From Eledone cirrhosa (lineage: Eukaryota), in contig OZ024743.1 in NCBI GenBank assembly GCA_964016885.1, positions 24,552,001 through 24,616,000 on the forward strand: DNA of 64,000 nt, in the 5' to 3' direction. This document shows, one piece after another, positions 40,931-57,042 of the stretch. The translations under genes were made by a program, and so were the position numbers. The stretch's first letter is position 1, and each line of letters starts with the position of its first letter. A model generated the notes under the pieces. It had not been told where the DNA came from, ran no database searches, and saw nothing but the letters and a program-made list of their open reading frames with translations.

Positions 40931-41539
40931 TGGTGGCTGCCAACTCGTTTTCGAGTACGGCCACTACTTTATATCCATGTAGGACAACCCCTACCGAGGC
41001 GCTGAACAAGTGTGACATTTTAGTCTAGCCAGCGACTTGAAAACTCTGGTACAAACACTACACTTGTGACAATTATTGACACATAGTGCTGGGCCCATGG
41101 TACCATGTGATGACAAGTGCAGAGAGATCTCCAGATATAAAGCAATGCTTGTGCCGTGAAGCTTTTATAGTGGGCAAAGGCACTGCACAAAGCCAGTCCC
41201 ACTCTCTTAACCAAGATGATATTTACCAAAAAGAAGAACAAGTCAACATCATTGGATACCATCAGGGTTGCAAGTGTTATATCAGAGTTTTCCTTCTCCT
41301 AGAATTCTGCCTTGACAAAGGCTAAGGGGTCATCTCTCCCGGTGATTTTGGATGACCATTGACTCTTAAGAGCTCCTTTGCCCTTTGACAGGTTTTGTTT
41401 TTAGTCCTGCAGGATGTCCAAAGTCACCCTCCTCACCAAGAAACCTTGGTGGGTTTGCCAGTTTAGTCGCCAACGACCCGACCATGGGATAGGTTGTAAT
41501 GGGATACATGTTACCAGTAGCACCAACTGGTGACCTGAC
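40931..41539 (-). mobile_element. Full-length RTE derivative
   Basis: Reverse complement of 21887-22495; (CATA)n on its 5' side. Confidence 0.9.
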
Positions 41540-41626
41540 ATACATACATACATACCTACATACATACATACATACATACATACATACATACATACATACA
41601 TACATACATACATACATACATACATA

Positions 41627-42430
41627 GAGGGGATAAACCACTAAAAAAGCCTGGCATGGAGTTCCGACAAGTTTATGACATCACACCTTGAGGGATATCT
41701 CTATGCAATACAGGAACAAGAACTCCCTACCAAATATCTGCTGCACAAAAGAGGAGGGCCAGCAGCTGACAATAAATGTAGGCTATGTAAAACAAAGATC
41801 GAGGATGTAAGCCACATTGTTGCCAGCTGCGAAAGAATGTCATCTCGCTACTACCTCCCCATGAGACACGATGGGATAGCTAAAACCATCTGGAACACAC
41901 TTCGGAAAACAAAATTAACAACAAACGAGGAAGAATATATTGAGACAGATGGCACTAAGGAATACTGGTGGAACCTGAAAATAAAAACTGCCACCAAATT
42001 AAAGCACAACCGGCCTGATATTGTAGTTTGGGACCACAAATTGAAAACGTGTTCTGTTGTGGAAATCAGCTGCCCACTTGATGTAAACGTTGTCAGAAAA
42101 ATACAGGAGAAGGAGGACATCTACGGACCATTGATGAGGAGTTTACAAATCCAGTATCCAAGATACACCTTTAGCTTCATACCCATCATTATTGGTGCTA
42201 CGGGTTATATACCAACCCGCTTGGACCAAAGTATGACTGAACTTGGATTTGCGGACAAAAAGCGCAGCTCCCTAATTCATAGTCTACAAATGGCTGCGAT
42301 AGCTGGCACCTTCAAAATTTGCAAAACATTCTTGCGATTCAAGGGATGACAATTTCTTTTCTTTTACAACCTTGCCACCAGGAAGGTGGCCGGTCAAAAA
42401 AATATACTCGAAATTAAGAGAAAGAGAAAA
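41627..42430 (+). mobile_element. 5'-truncated R4/Dong copy (CCHC + RLE)
   Basis: Near-identical to 20151-20953; 224-aa ORF; (CATA)n before and CATACA after. Confidence 0.92.
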
Positions 42431-42484
42431 CATACATACAAACAAACAAATGCACACACATACAAACATACATACAAACATATA

Positions 42485-42737
42485 TTCATATCCATCATTA
42501 TTGGAGCTACGGGTTATATACCAACACGCTTAGACCAAAGTATAACTGAACTTGGATTTGCAGACAAAGAGCGCAGCTCCCTAATTCATAGTCTACAAAT
42601 GGCTGCGATAGCTGGCACCTTCAAAATTTGCAAAACATTCTTGCGATTCAAGGGATGACAATTTCTTTTCTTTTACAACCTTGCCACCATGAAGGTGGCC
42701 GGTCAAAAAAATACTCGAAATTAAGAGAAAGAGATAA
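42485..42737 (+). mobile_element. Short 3' fragment of the R4/Dong element
   Basis: Repeats 42176-42430 with several substitutions; followed by (CATA)n-like repeats. Confidence 0.9.
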
Positions 42738-43739
42738 CATACATAGATACATACATACATACATACAAACATACATACAAACATACATACATACATACAT
42801 GCAAACAAACACATATACATATATATATACATACATACATACAAACAAACCCACACATATATATACATACATACATGCAAACAAACACACATACATATAT
42901 ACATACATAGAAACAAACACACATACATATATATATATACATACATGAAAACAAACACACATACATATATATACATACGTACGTACATGCAAAGAAACAC
43001 ATATACATATATATATATAGATACATACATGAAAACAAACACACATACATATATATATATACAAACACACATACATATATATAGAAACACAGATCCAACC
43101 AAACATATATATAAAACATTCATATATTACAGGTAGACACCATATGGTGAAGTAGAATGTCTGTTGTTAATGGCAGTGTGTCGTGGCTTATGTGTAAAGG
43201 TTAGCTAGACGGATATAACAAGGGTGTCAATGGAAAAAAAATTGTTAGCCACATTGCTTTCTATTCAATTGATTATCGATTGCTTTTTATGCAAAACCCA
43301 TCTATCGATTGAACATTTTCATTCATTTCATATTTTAGCCTCCGTTGAAATTTTTATCTTGTTCTTTATTAAATATTTTAGGGTCTTTTTTTTGTATGTT
43401 TATTTCATTGTTTTTTTTAATCAGATATTCCTTGTTATTGCCTGGTTTTGTTTTTGTTTGCGGTGGGTTTGTATATATTCCGTTATCAATATCTTTTATA
43501 AGGTCTAGTTTATACGGATGAATTAATAATATCAGAGTAAACATTGCATCTACAATACATTTGCAACCGCATACGTAATATTCCGAACATAGATTTTTTA
43601 CACACGCTCGCGCGTGCTATGTATTCATATACGTATGTATTCATATACGCATGTGTGTTTACGTGTTATTATATATATCATAAAATAGAAACAAGTATAT
43701 ATATATATGTGTGTTTGTGTGTGTGTATGTGTGTGTATG

Positions 43740-43770
<31 letters not shown>

Positions 43771-44127
43771 ATACTTATATATATATATATTTGTGTGTGT
43801 GTGTGTGTGTTTGTTTGTGTGTGAATGTATAATATAAATGTGTATATATATATATATATATATGGTGTGTTTGTGTGAGTGTTTTATATGAAACACGTTG
43901 TATATATATATATATAGACGAACGTATATATATATATATATATATAGACGAACGTATATATATATAACATCAAATACACACAGGTAATCCTTCACAATTG
44001 ACCACCAACGAAGCAAGACAAAGCGAAAAAAAGATCTTCACCAATTGCACGCGCTCTAATGCATCCAAATGCTTGCATAAACATGTGTTACTTCCCAGAC
44101 ATATGCATGTGCATGTCAGTAAATATT

Positions 44128-44173
<46 letters not shown>

Positions 44174-44387
44174 TTGATAGACTGAGGATCATCACGTGAC
44201 TAGGCACCGAATTTGGTGGTACTTTCGCGCCAAAAAAAACATATTCATAAAGAACATATATATATAAGAAGAAGAAATTTGGATAGAAATACGCATGTTC
44301 TAACTGCCCACAGAGTATGAAAAGTGATTCATATGAAAAGTACTAGTATCAAAGATATGAAAAATTGTCAATAGGAAATTAGTAATT

Positions 44388-44522
44388 AATTGTTTCTACT
44401 TTCGGCACAAGGCCAGCAAATAACCAGTACATTACTGCTACTTTATTTTATCGACCTCGTAAGTATGAAAGGCAGAGTTAACCTTGGCGGGATTTGAACT
44501 CAGATCGTAAAGGGACGTAATT
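44388..44522 (-). mobile_element. SINE fragment; older degenerate copies at ~11.4, 44.6, 44.9, 46.3-46.8 and 50.6 kb
   Basis: Same diagnostic body sequence. Confidence 0.75.
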
Positions 44523-47500
44523 AATAACACCAAGAATATTTTGTATGTTCTTTTTTTATTTGTTTTCTCTATTTGGAGAGTGGTATATTGGTCAACTTAT
44601 TACGATCCTTTACATTCTGAGTTCAAATCTCTCCAATTTCAAAACTTTACTTTTATCCTTCCGGTGTCAATAAATTAAAGTACTAATTATGTACTGGGCT
44701 CGATATAATCGACTTTCCTCTTTGCATCAAAATTAGAAATCTTTATTTTCTATATTTCATTGATATTGTTTTTTTTAATATGTTTTACCGTAGAAATCTA
44801 ATATTAATTCTTCTTGCGTCGTTATTATAGTTTTTATCCTTTGTCGTAAAATATAAGAAACTTATTTACTGAAGCGTTAGAATTTCCTACAAAATGCTAT
44901 GTGCTATATATTCTGGCTGCTTGCACTCTGAGTTCGAATCCAACCGAGGTCAACTGTCTCTTTCATTCTTCTGAAGTTAATGAATAATATATCAACCCAG
45001 GGCAGTGTTCAGGTGGAATCGTTTGAATATCAGGCTCAAAGTTTACAGCACATTATGATTTCATTGGCGAGTAAACTGAATTTTTATATAAAGTCCACAA
45101 TGTTACAAGCATTCTGGATAAGTCACCGGTTTGAAAATATCTTCCTCCTCCAACCCTTTGTCTTTGCCACTGGTCAGTCTAATAGCCACCCTGTTTCCTT
45201 CTGAATAACCAATAAAAAGAAAATATTGAACAGAATAAAGCAAAATGAATGAATGAATGAATGGAGAAAGGAAAAACGGAAGAAACTGATGGATGGAAGG
45301 AATGAGTGAATTGATTGATGGATTGGTGGTTGGATCAATGGTATAGCTGGATGTGCTGGATAGATGAGTGAGATGATGAATTGATGAATGGGTTAATGAA
45401 TGGCGTGATGGGTAGATGGATAGATGGATGAATTGATGGGTGGATGGATAGATGGAGTAACTGGGTGAGATAGTTCAATGGATGGGTGGCTAAACATATA
45501 GTTTGGTGTGCTCACGAATTGATGAAGGAATTGATTGATTGATTAATATATGGGAAATCAGTTTTATTGACGAAATATTTAATATCATTCTATTCATATG
45601 GCAATGACCAATGATACAAGACATATTGAAGAAATAACAAAACAACACATCTAATTTGAGTGACTGCCTCAATGATAATGTGTATGATGATGATGATAAC
45701 AAAGCTAAGTCAGTTGTGTCCTTGAACAAAGCGATTTATTTCGTATTGCTCCATTTCACTCAGCTGAACAAAATTAGTGACTCAACTTAACGCCTCATGA
45801 AACTGTAATAATATCCGACCTGATGAGACTCTAGACTTGAGACAAGCTTTATAAAAACTTCCAGCACATCAATTGAACATATGACAGATCACGGCCACTT
45901 GAGGAATACCAGTTATCGTCCTTACCTTTATTTACTTTAGTTACACATTGTTCAACAATGTTTACCTCTACGATATGTATACAGTTTTGAGTAATTCCCC
46001 TAATTATGTCCACCACATTAAGTATCTTAGCATACATTTCACTGTTTGATAGCTTTATTAGCTGAAAAGCACAAGTCAGATAGTGCCACCTGAAAAAGAC
46101 AACAGAAAACCGTTTAAGGAATCTTCAGAAAATGTATGAATATATATACTGTATATTGATAGGTCTACTAGCAAAATAAGAAAGAAAGTTTTATATGGAC
46201 ACAACAGTTGTTTCTTGTAATTATCATATAAGATACAAGAGGACTGGATTGTCAGAATCGTTCATTCCTTTTTGTTACTAATCCCGCCGCGGTCAACTTT
46301 GTTTTTCATCCATTTGAGGTCGATAAGATAAAGTACTGGTAATGTACTGGGGTCGGTATAAGATACTTTTCTTTTCCATCACTACAAATTGCTGGCCTTA
46401 AGCCTAAATTAGAAATCGTTATTACATGAAAAACCTTCTGAGTCCAAATCCTGCTGAGTTTAACTTAGCCTTCTATACTTCATCCATCGATAGAATAAAG
46501 TACTAGGGCGATTTAATCGCCTGTGTTGCCCAAATGTATAACCTTATATATATATGTTAAAAACTATTATAAAAGATCTTAGAGTGGTGTATTGGCAGAA
46601 TGTCGGATAAAATGCCTTACGGTATTTATTCTGGCCCTTATATTCCGAGTTGAAATCCAGTCGAGATTAACTTAGCTTTAGCTTTCTTTTGTGGTCAATA
46701 AAATAAAATACCAGTCAAGTACTGGGTCTATTTAATCAGCTTTTATCTTCCCTAAATGTTTAGTATTGTATCTATCTAAGAAATAATTAATGTTATAAGA
46801 GAGCTTGTAATTTAAAAAGATGTAATTTGATTATATATTAAACATCCCACCAGGGATGGGGGGGGGGCTTTCCTACACCCCACCACCACATCCATACCAA
46901 TCACGTACCCACCCACCCAACTACCACAATCCCCATCATTATTACAACCACTAGTACCACTATTATCACAATCACCACTAGCACCAACACAACAATGGTT
47001 GGTTGGTTGGTTAGTTGGTTAGTTACTTGGATTCTTTTTTGGTTGGTTGGATACTCTACTCGGTTGTTTGGTCGGTCAGTTGGTTGATTGGCTGGTTGAC
47101 TAGCTGGTGGCTAGCTAGCTGGCTGAGTGGCTATATGTTAGTTGGGTTTGGGCTAGCTATATTCAAGCTATTGATAGATTCTATAACGAAATTGGTAAAA
47201 CCATATTGCGATGTCTAAGATCTACTCCTAAGATAGCGATTTTTCATTAGGCAGAGTTAACCCTAACTTACTTGTTGATAGAAGAGTCCAGAAAACGCAA
47301 ATTGCTAACTGCTCAGTTTAAATGCAAATGGTTGGCTCGCTGGCAGAATGGCTTCTTGTTCGATGTGGTGGAGCTGTGATACTAAAACAAAAGGTATTTA
47401 AGACTACAATATTCAATGTGTCCTTCCACTTTTGAAAGATACTAGTTTATGTTGCTGTGAGTTGAGATTGTAACTGGTATTTCCAACAAATCGAGTGACA

Positions 47501-47591
47501 GCATCCAGGTCTGTTCGTTTTGTTATTCGTTCTTGCCGTACTTCATGTGTCAGTCATAATGATGTTTAGAAACACACACACACATACACAA

Positions 47592-47635
<44 letters not shown>

Positions 47636-48027
47636 ACACACACACGCGCACATACACACACACACAAACACACGCACACACGCACACACACACACACACA
47701 CATACAAACACACGCACACACGCACATACGCACACACACACACGCACATACACACACACATACACACACATACAAACACCCACACGCACGCACACACACA
47801 CACACACACACCACACACATAAATACATACAAACACACACACGCACACAAACACACACACACACACATGTACAACAAACAAACAAATAAAAGGCATGGAC
47901 AAGAGGAACAGCAACCACTGACCATTGGAACTGTTGGGAAATTGTGATGACGATATCATTGCTTAACTTGTCAAAGCAATTATTCAAATTGTCGCTCGTC
48001 CCTGTCGTTTCTTTCAAAAGAATGTTC

Positions 48028-48530
<503 letters not shown>

Positions 48531-48735
48531 AGTTGAAAAATGATTTGCAAAAAACAAAGTGGAAACGGAGGGTTTCATTTCCTTTTCAGAGCACGAGAGA
48601 GTTTTTCTTCCCAAACCGCAAAAGTGGTCAAACAGTCGTTAATATGAGTCGTCGGAGGTAATTCTATGTTAGCAAACTTAGTGTAGACGACTAATGTCAG
48701 CCACATGAAGAAAATAGTTCAGTTTACCAACACAC

Positions 48736-49352
<617 letters not shown>

Positions 49353-51865
49353 TGATCTTGGTGCTCCACAAAAGAGAAAGAATTAAATATTTATAATAAA
49401 GTAAATACATAAGTTTATTTATTCATTTTATTACAACATAGCTATGATGTTTCAGGAAAGCGCATGGAGTTTTGACTAAACCTCTTCAGAGAAATAATAA
49501 ACTGTTGTTTTCATCTATTTGCTGTCAACTCCCTCGTCGGGCGGGGAGATCTCCCACCCACTCTGGGGAGGATGGGAGATGTCTTCTCTTGTGAAAATGG
49601 GTATAGCTTTCATTATGTAAAATCTCCTGATTTTACCTCATTTATCCCCGTTTTGGGGCACTTTTTTTCATGGTACTTCCCGTTTGCGTTTTTAGAGGTT
49701 GGCAGGTCTATTGCTGTCTTATATAATAAACCGGTATCTTCTTTTCACGGTCATACATATCTTTCCTGTATCTCTTTTGCTCCTTTGGTAATATGTTATT
49801 TTTCTCTAAATAAACAGCTCGTTGTATAGTATGGATTAAGAGTTTTGTGTGATATTGGCAAGAACGTAATAGACCTATAGTTTTAGAAGTCCCAATTTCC
49901 GGAAATTAGTGTTGTTCTCTCTTCCTGTAGCTATTTAAGTGTATATTCTACTCTGATACCGCATACCCACGGGTACACCAGGAGAATCAGCTAGTGATCA
50001 GTAACTTTGTCAATATCAAGGAGTATCGAGTTTCTTGCAGTTCTTCCTGTGCTGTTCAATTCTCTGCCAATTATGATGGACCATGTTTCTGATGCCATTT
50101 TTTTAAATATTCTTTTTCTTTTTCCAACCACCGTCCTTAATATTTTTGGTTTTTTTTCCATATTACATTCCAGAAGGGTTAAATTTTCATCGTTGTTAGC
50201 GTCCCCTCCAGTATTTTATTGCATGTTTGTTAATTTCATTTTTTTTTTTTTTTTTTTTAGTGTCCTGCAAAATCTGGAATTGTTATTCAAATACATTGTT
50301 CTCCTTCATGCTATTTTTCCAAGGGTGACCTCTTTTTTTATTGAAATACTATTTTGTTAATTGGATAGCATTTTTTAAAAATCTTTTTCACATTAAATCC
50401 CTTCTTTTCCATTTCGTTAAGTAAGAGTAAGTTTTAAACTTTTTTCAAAAAGATTTTGTTTTGTATATTTTCTTTGGCTCCTTTAGGGGAAATTGAGGGA
50501 GGGGGTGTTAAAATTAAGTCTAGTTCCCCTTAATAGATCAAATTTTTAAGACAATATTACTGTAGTTCCTTTCTGTGGACATAATGCACTGGGGTCGATT
50601 TAATCAACTTTCCCTTTCCCCAAAAATTGTTGGCTTTGTACCTAAATCAAAAACCATTATGAGAGATATCAAAAGAGCAGTTGATTATTTCTTGCAGAGT
50701 TCTGTTAAATTTATCTACTCTTTTGTGTTTAACTTGAGCAGGTGTTTCTATTGATCCGCCTTCGTTATGTTATGTTCTTTTCTATCTTCTTTATTGTTTC
50801 TAATAGATCTTCCTCAAAGTTAACTCTGGCTGATCGGTTATTGTTGTTTTTTCTGTTAAATGTGTAAAGGATCGTATATTTCTGTCGTGGCCACGTATTT
50901 ACTTGATTGTTTCCATGGAAACTTCTATGATCTCCATCGTCCTTTTGGATTTTAGTTTTATTTTCTTTGTGTTTGTTTTAAATTTGTTATAATGCAATAT
51001 TTCTTTCTTGTTTGTTCTGTAATATTCTCACTGTTTGGGGGGGCTCAGATATTCTGTGTGTGGTTGTCTCTGTTGTGTTGCCTGTTTTCTTTTGTGAAAT
51101 TTAACATACTAGGATTTATTTCAACACGCTGACGCGTATGTGTGTGTATGTGTGTGCGTGTGTGTATGTGTGTGTATGTGTATGTGTGTGCGTGTGTGTA
51201 TGTGCATATGCATACATTTATATGTATGAGTATATAAATATAAACGCGCAAACACAGACACACAAAAAAATATACACTCACAGACATACATTCACCCAAA
51301 CACACATACATTCACATGAACACACATATACATACATTTACACAAACACACACACACATACACACACATACACTCACACACAGCGTGAGTGCATTTAGAA
51401 TACATCATTCTAATGGAACGCCAGCCGCTGTTTTGCTATAGTTTTTCACCACCCCCTTCGTTCCTTTTACACACACATACATTCACACAAACACACACAT
51501 TGTGTGACGGACGGACGGAAGTCGCCCAAATTTATATATATATATTTTATGAGATGGGTTCTATTGGGATGCTTTATTTGGTTTGCAGTAGGTTATCATT
51601 TTATGTAATGTCGGTTGCTTGTTTTATTTTCAAGTTGTTGTTTTTTCTATAAGTTGTTTATTTCAATTGTGGGGTATCTTGAAATTGTTTCTGTTATATC
51701 TATTCAGCAGTGTGATTCCATTGATGCATTTCATCACTTTGTTTTTGTTATATTTTGGTTTGTTTGTCCCGATAAGTAATTTTTGTTATTCAATTCTGTA
51801 TATATGTATGTTATTTAGACAAGAATATTAGTGTGTAATAATCACCTGAAATTGATTGATATATA

Positions 51866-52086
51866 ATGATTTCTGATTTAGGCACAAGGCCAGCAATTTT
51901 GGTGGAGGAGTAACGTCGATTAAATAGACCCCAGGGCGTAACTGGTACTTTATTTTATTGACCCCGTAAGGATGAAAGGCAAAGCTAATCTCGGTGGGAC
52001 TTGAACTCAGAACGTAAAGGGCCGTAACTCTATGCCGCAAAGCATGGTGCCCGACGCTCTACAGATACTGCCAATCCACCACCCTC
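51866..52086 (-). mobile_element. tRNA-type SINE
   Basis: Same family as 7774-7973. Confidence 0.85.
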
Positions 52087-52194
52087 GGTATAATATGATA
52101 AGTATCAATTGCACTTATTGCAAATTTTGACAGAATTTATTAGAGCGTCGGACAAAATGCTTTGCGGTATTTTACCGGCTCTTGGGGTTCGGGA

Positions 52195-52316
52195 TTCAGA
52201 TCCAACAGTCCAGGGACTCTGGAGTTCAGATCCAACAGTCCAGGGACTCTGGAGTTCAGATCCAACAGTCCAGGGACTCTGGAGTTCAGATCCAACAGTC
52301 CAGGGACTCTGGAGTT
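52195..52316 (+). repeat. 4 x 30-bp tandem repeat inside a decayed SINE
   Basis: Unit TTCAGATCCAACAGTCCAGGGACTCTGGAG; overlaps the SINE B-box-like GAGTTCARATCC. Confidence 0.9.
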
Positions 52317-52599
52317 TCACTTTCAACTTTGCCTACATCAGATTTTGAATGATGTATTCTAAATGCAGTCATTATTTTTCTTGTTTTTCTGTCTATTTCA
52401 GCTAATTCTTTTAGTGTCCAGTTAGGAATATTAAACCTGTAGATTATTATAGGAATCGCTGGAGTTTTGATGCTAATTATATTCTTATTTGTATTTAGTT
52501 CTATAGTAAGTAGTAATCTAATCTCTCTATAGTATTCCTTTCAAATTGTTTCTTTTGTCTGCGTCTGTTGAACCCTATCTTGTTCTATTCTCCGGAACA

Positions 52600-52820
52600 A
52601 AGGCTGTAGATTGTCAGTATCGGTAGAGGATTGGACAACAAGCTTTGCCGTAGACTTATGGCCCTTTATATTCTGAGTTCAAATCCCACCGAGGTTAGCA
52701 TTGCCTTTCATCCTAATGGGATCGATAAAGTAAACTACCAGTAACTCACTGGAGTCAATTTAATAGATTTTCCCCTTTCAAATCGCTGGCCTTGTGCCAG
52801 AAGTAGAAACTATTATTATT
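52600..52820 (+). mobile_element. tRNA-type SINE
   Basis: CTGAGTTCAAATCCCACCGAGG..GCCTTTCATCC..GTAGAAACTATTATTAT. Confidence 0.8.
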
Positions 52821-53159
52821 TTCGCGAACTCCATAATAACACATTTGAAAGGAATAGAAAACAGTATAAATAACGAAAAAGATGAAAAAAATTCCTACAT
52901 TGGCTCGCAAATGAGACTAATAGAAGAGATTTTAGGTAGGAGCTAGCAGCCTCACCTCATCTAACCTGCTGCAACAACAGCCAAATGAAACTAGAGAAAA
53001 TAGCAAACATGGACGGACCGAGGCGATGTACATCACGAAGAGATTTATAGTGCTTGTATATATATGAACATATATATATGTATGTGTATGTGTAGAGACA
53101 TACACAGACATATATGTATATGTATATTTATACGTATATATATATATATGTGTGTATAT

Positions 53160-53274
<115 letters not shown>

Positions 53275-53412
53275 TATATATACATATATATATATGTATA
53301 CATATATATATGTGTGTGTGTGTACATATATGTAAATATGCATGCATGTATATATTATATATATGTTTACATATATAAGTATATACATATATAAATATAG
53401 GTGTGTGTGTGT

Positions 53413-53481
<69 letters not shown>

Positions 53482-53598
53482 AATCAGTTGAAGATTCCCG
53501 CCTTTTTGCTACTTTAGGTTTACTGATTCCTCATAAATAGAAACAAAACTACATGTATTGAGTATTTGTTTCATTTCGTTTACAAAAAGGTGTATATA

Positions 53599-53631
<33 letters not shown>

Positions 53632-53637
53632 GTGTGT

Positions 53638-53694
<57 letters not shown>

Positions 53695-53810
53695 TATGTG
53701 TGTGTGTATATATATATGGCCGATGACCACGGAGGGTTTTTTTAATATCATCCGTGACGCACGCGATTCCCTTCCCTTTCTTTACATGGATATATATATA
53801 TATACATATA

Positions 53811-53893
<83 letters not shown>

Positions 53894-53900
53894 GTCTTTG

Positions 53901-54029
<129 letters not shown>

Positions 54030-54035
54030 TATATG

Positions 54036-54072
<37 letters not shown>

Positions 54073-54154
54073 TTATATGTGTGTGTATGTGTATATATAT
54101 ATATATATATAGGTGCGTGTTCATGTGTGTGTATTTGTAAGTATGCGTGTATGC

Positions 54155-54201
<47 letters not shown>

Positions 54202-54572
54202 TGGAATGGACGTGTTGTTATTGTTTGAGTTGTTGTTGTGTTGTATATATGTGTATGTGAGTAGATCTGTTGCTATGTTTCTGGGTATGAGGTGCAGCAT
54301 ATGAAATTCTCATGATTTTGAAACATTACACTGCAAATAATGTTTGCAAAAAACGAGAGAGTTTTAAGTAACATATTAATCAAATAAGGAAGCTAAACCC
54401 CTTTTTTTAGAGAAGAGGATGACTGGGGTTAGACATTTTCTCTTTCTTTTTTACAAGAATAGTAAATAAATTTCGTGATATCTGTGGGTTATTGAATATC
54501 AACATTTGGAATATCATGCAATGGTTTTGAAAGATATATATGTAAAATAGATACACATTTTGAAAAGTAGAT

Positions 54573-54642
<70 letters not shown>

Positions 54643-54747
54643 AAAGTAAAAATCAAAAACAATAACAAGAAGTGCAGTTGCGAACAGTGTTGGTATATAC
54701 ATCTATATATATATATTATATATATATATTATATATATATATACATT

Positions 54748-54828
<81 letters not shown>

Positions 54829-54977
54829 TATATATAGATGTATATGTATCTGTGTGTCTGTGTGTAGGGAAAGTAACAAAGGAAAGAAAGAAAAGGAACA
54901 AGTATTAAGGGACAAACGAAAAAGACGATAATAGAGTAACAAAGAGAGATAGAATAATTAATGAAAATAGTAGTAGC

Positions 54978-55048
<71 letters not shown>

Positions 55049-55269
55049 CTGCAGCAGAAGCAGCAGCAGTAGCAGCACCAGTTTCGACGAATAAAATATA
55101 TAAAACAAATGAGAAAGGAGTAAGAGAAATGATGTTGATGAAGGTGAGGTCGGCCAAGGGCTTTGCGCCAACAAATTAGTTAGACTATGCATATAATTAT
55201 ATCTGGATGGTGTTCCGATGATTGTTAGATTAATTGACAGCATTCTGGAAGGTTGCCATATACATGGTG

Positions 55270-55515
55270 GAGAGAGAGGGGGGGATAGCTAGAGGAGAGG
55301 AGTGGGAGAGAGTGGGAGAGATAGATAGAGAGAGGGGGATAGCTAGAGGAGGGGAGTGGGAGAGAGTGGGAGAGAGAGTGGGAGAGAGAGAGAGAGAGAG
55401 GGGGATAGCTAGAGGAGGGGAGTGGGAGAGAGAGATGGATAGATAGAGAGAGAGAGACTGGGATAGCTAGAAGAGGAGTGTGTGTGTAAGAGAGAGAGTG
55501 GGATATATATATATG

Positions 55516-55564
<49 letters not shown>

Positions 55565-55575
55565 ATAGCTAAAAG
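55270..55575. repeat. GA-rich minisatellite with GGGATAGCTAGA core
   Basis: Core recurs about 5 times, and again at 56195. Confidence 0.8.
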
Positions 55576-55643
55576 AAAATGGGAGAGACAGAGATAGGTA
55601 GTGAGAGAGAGAGAGAGAGAGAGGGAGCGAAAGAGAGAGAGAC

Positions 55644-55683
<40 letters not shown>

Positions 55684-55686
<3 letters not shown>

Positions 55687-56190
55687 TATTTCTTTTATTT
55701 GCCACTAGGGCATCAAAAGTGGGACAAGTACAAAGGGGGGAGTTTACACAAAAAGGCGTCCTCAATAAGGAGGAGGCAATAACAAAATATAAAAATAAAA
55801 TAAGATATAACAAAAAATAAAATTTTTAACAAAATCCTCAATAGAGAGGAGGCGCCTTGGGGGGTCGCACACACCCCCGAAAAAAGTGTGCAACCCTACT
55901 CCTCAGGAGCACAGAGAAGGGGTGCTCCCTTGGTCTTTCATCTTCCTCACCTATAGTCTGATGTAGAGTGAAGGCCCATTCACACGGGCCATTCTCGCCA
56001 CTTTCACCCATCTTTCATAGAAACGGCTGGGGTGCAGCACCTCTCTCTCCATCCTGATCCTTCTTCCGAAATGATATCGGAAGAAACGGACCAGTTGTTG
56101 GCCAGAGAGAAAGGTGCCCGACCTCAGTCCTTTCAGACGCGTCCACCATACAACCTCTTTCGCCATGGCTATTACGCACAGAAACACCGC
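55684..56190 (-). mobile_element. 3' fragment of a Tx1 family related to 24.3-30.2 kb, with (TATC)n tail
   Basis: FLCVIAMAKEVVWWTRLKGLRSG..RVNGPSLY matches the C-terminus of ORF 27027-29945; AATAAAAGAAATATATC-(TATC)n. Confidence 0.9.
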
Positions 56191-56222
56191 GAATGGGATA
56201 GCTAGAAGAGGAGAGAGTAACA

Positions 56223-56323
<101 letters not shown>

Positions 56324-56875
56324 TTCACTTGACGTTTCATGTCATCAGTAAGCCACATTCAGTTTTCCGTTCCTTCATTTGTTATTCAACCTTTCATTTT
56401 CATAAGAAATAATGAAATACAAACAAAACAATACAAGTGACCAACACATTTGTACGTCTATTATTTCATAAGGAGGTTTTAGTTTCATTCCATTAAAGAA
56501 GCAACTTTTGAATTTGATTGTCTTATTGTATTTTTTCTATATGTTGATGGAGAGTTTTTCATCTTCTTGTTATTGTTTATAGTTTTATTTTACAATATGT
56601 GGTTATTTGATAACTGTAAGTCATGTACGTAACGTAAATATATGTATGAGTATGTGTGTATGTCTATATGTGCAAATGTGTGTGTGAATGTGTGCGAATA
56701 TTCATGCTGGTATGATTGTATGATTGTCAAGGTCCATTTCTCTTCACGCGTTTATAAATGCATACATATATATATATGTATGTGTATAGTTATGTATATA
56801 TATAATATATATATATATATATGTGTGTGTGTGTACATAGACCTATGTATATGAGTATAGATACGAGGCCATGTA

Positions 56876-56947
<72 letters not shown>

Positions 56948-57042
56948 CCCCCCCCCCCGCTCTCAAGCGTGAACCTAATACCAACACTGTTCGTAACTGC
57001 ACTCCTTGTTATTGTTTTTTTCTTTGCTAATATATATATATA

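Noticed and set aside
49400-50520. Possible decayed Tx1-like element on the minus strand
   Set aside because: Composition is suggestive but no protein motif could be recovered reliably.
52195-52316. CRISPR-like 30-bp repeats
   Set aside because: Units are contiguous with no spacers, there are no cas genes, and the context is eukaryotic.
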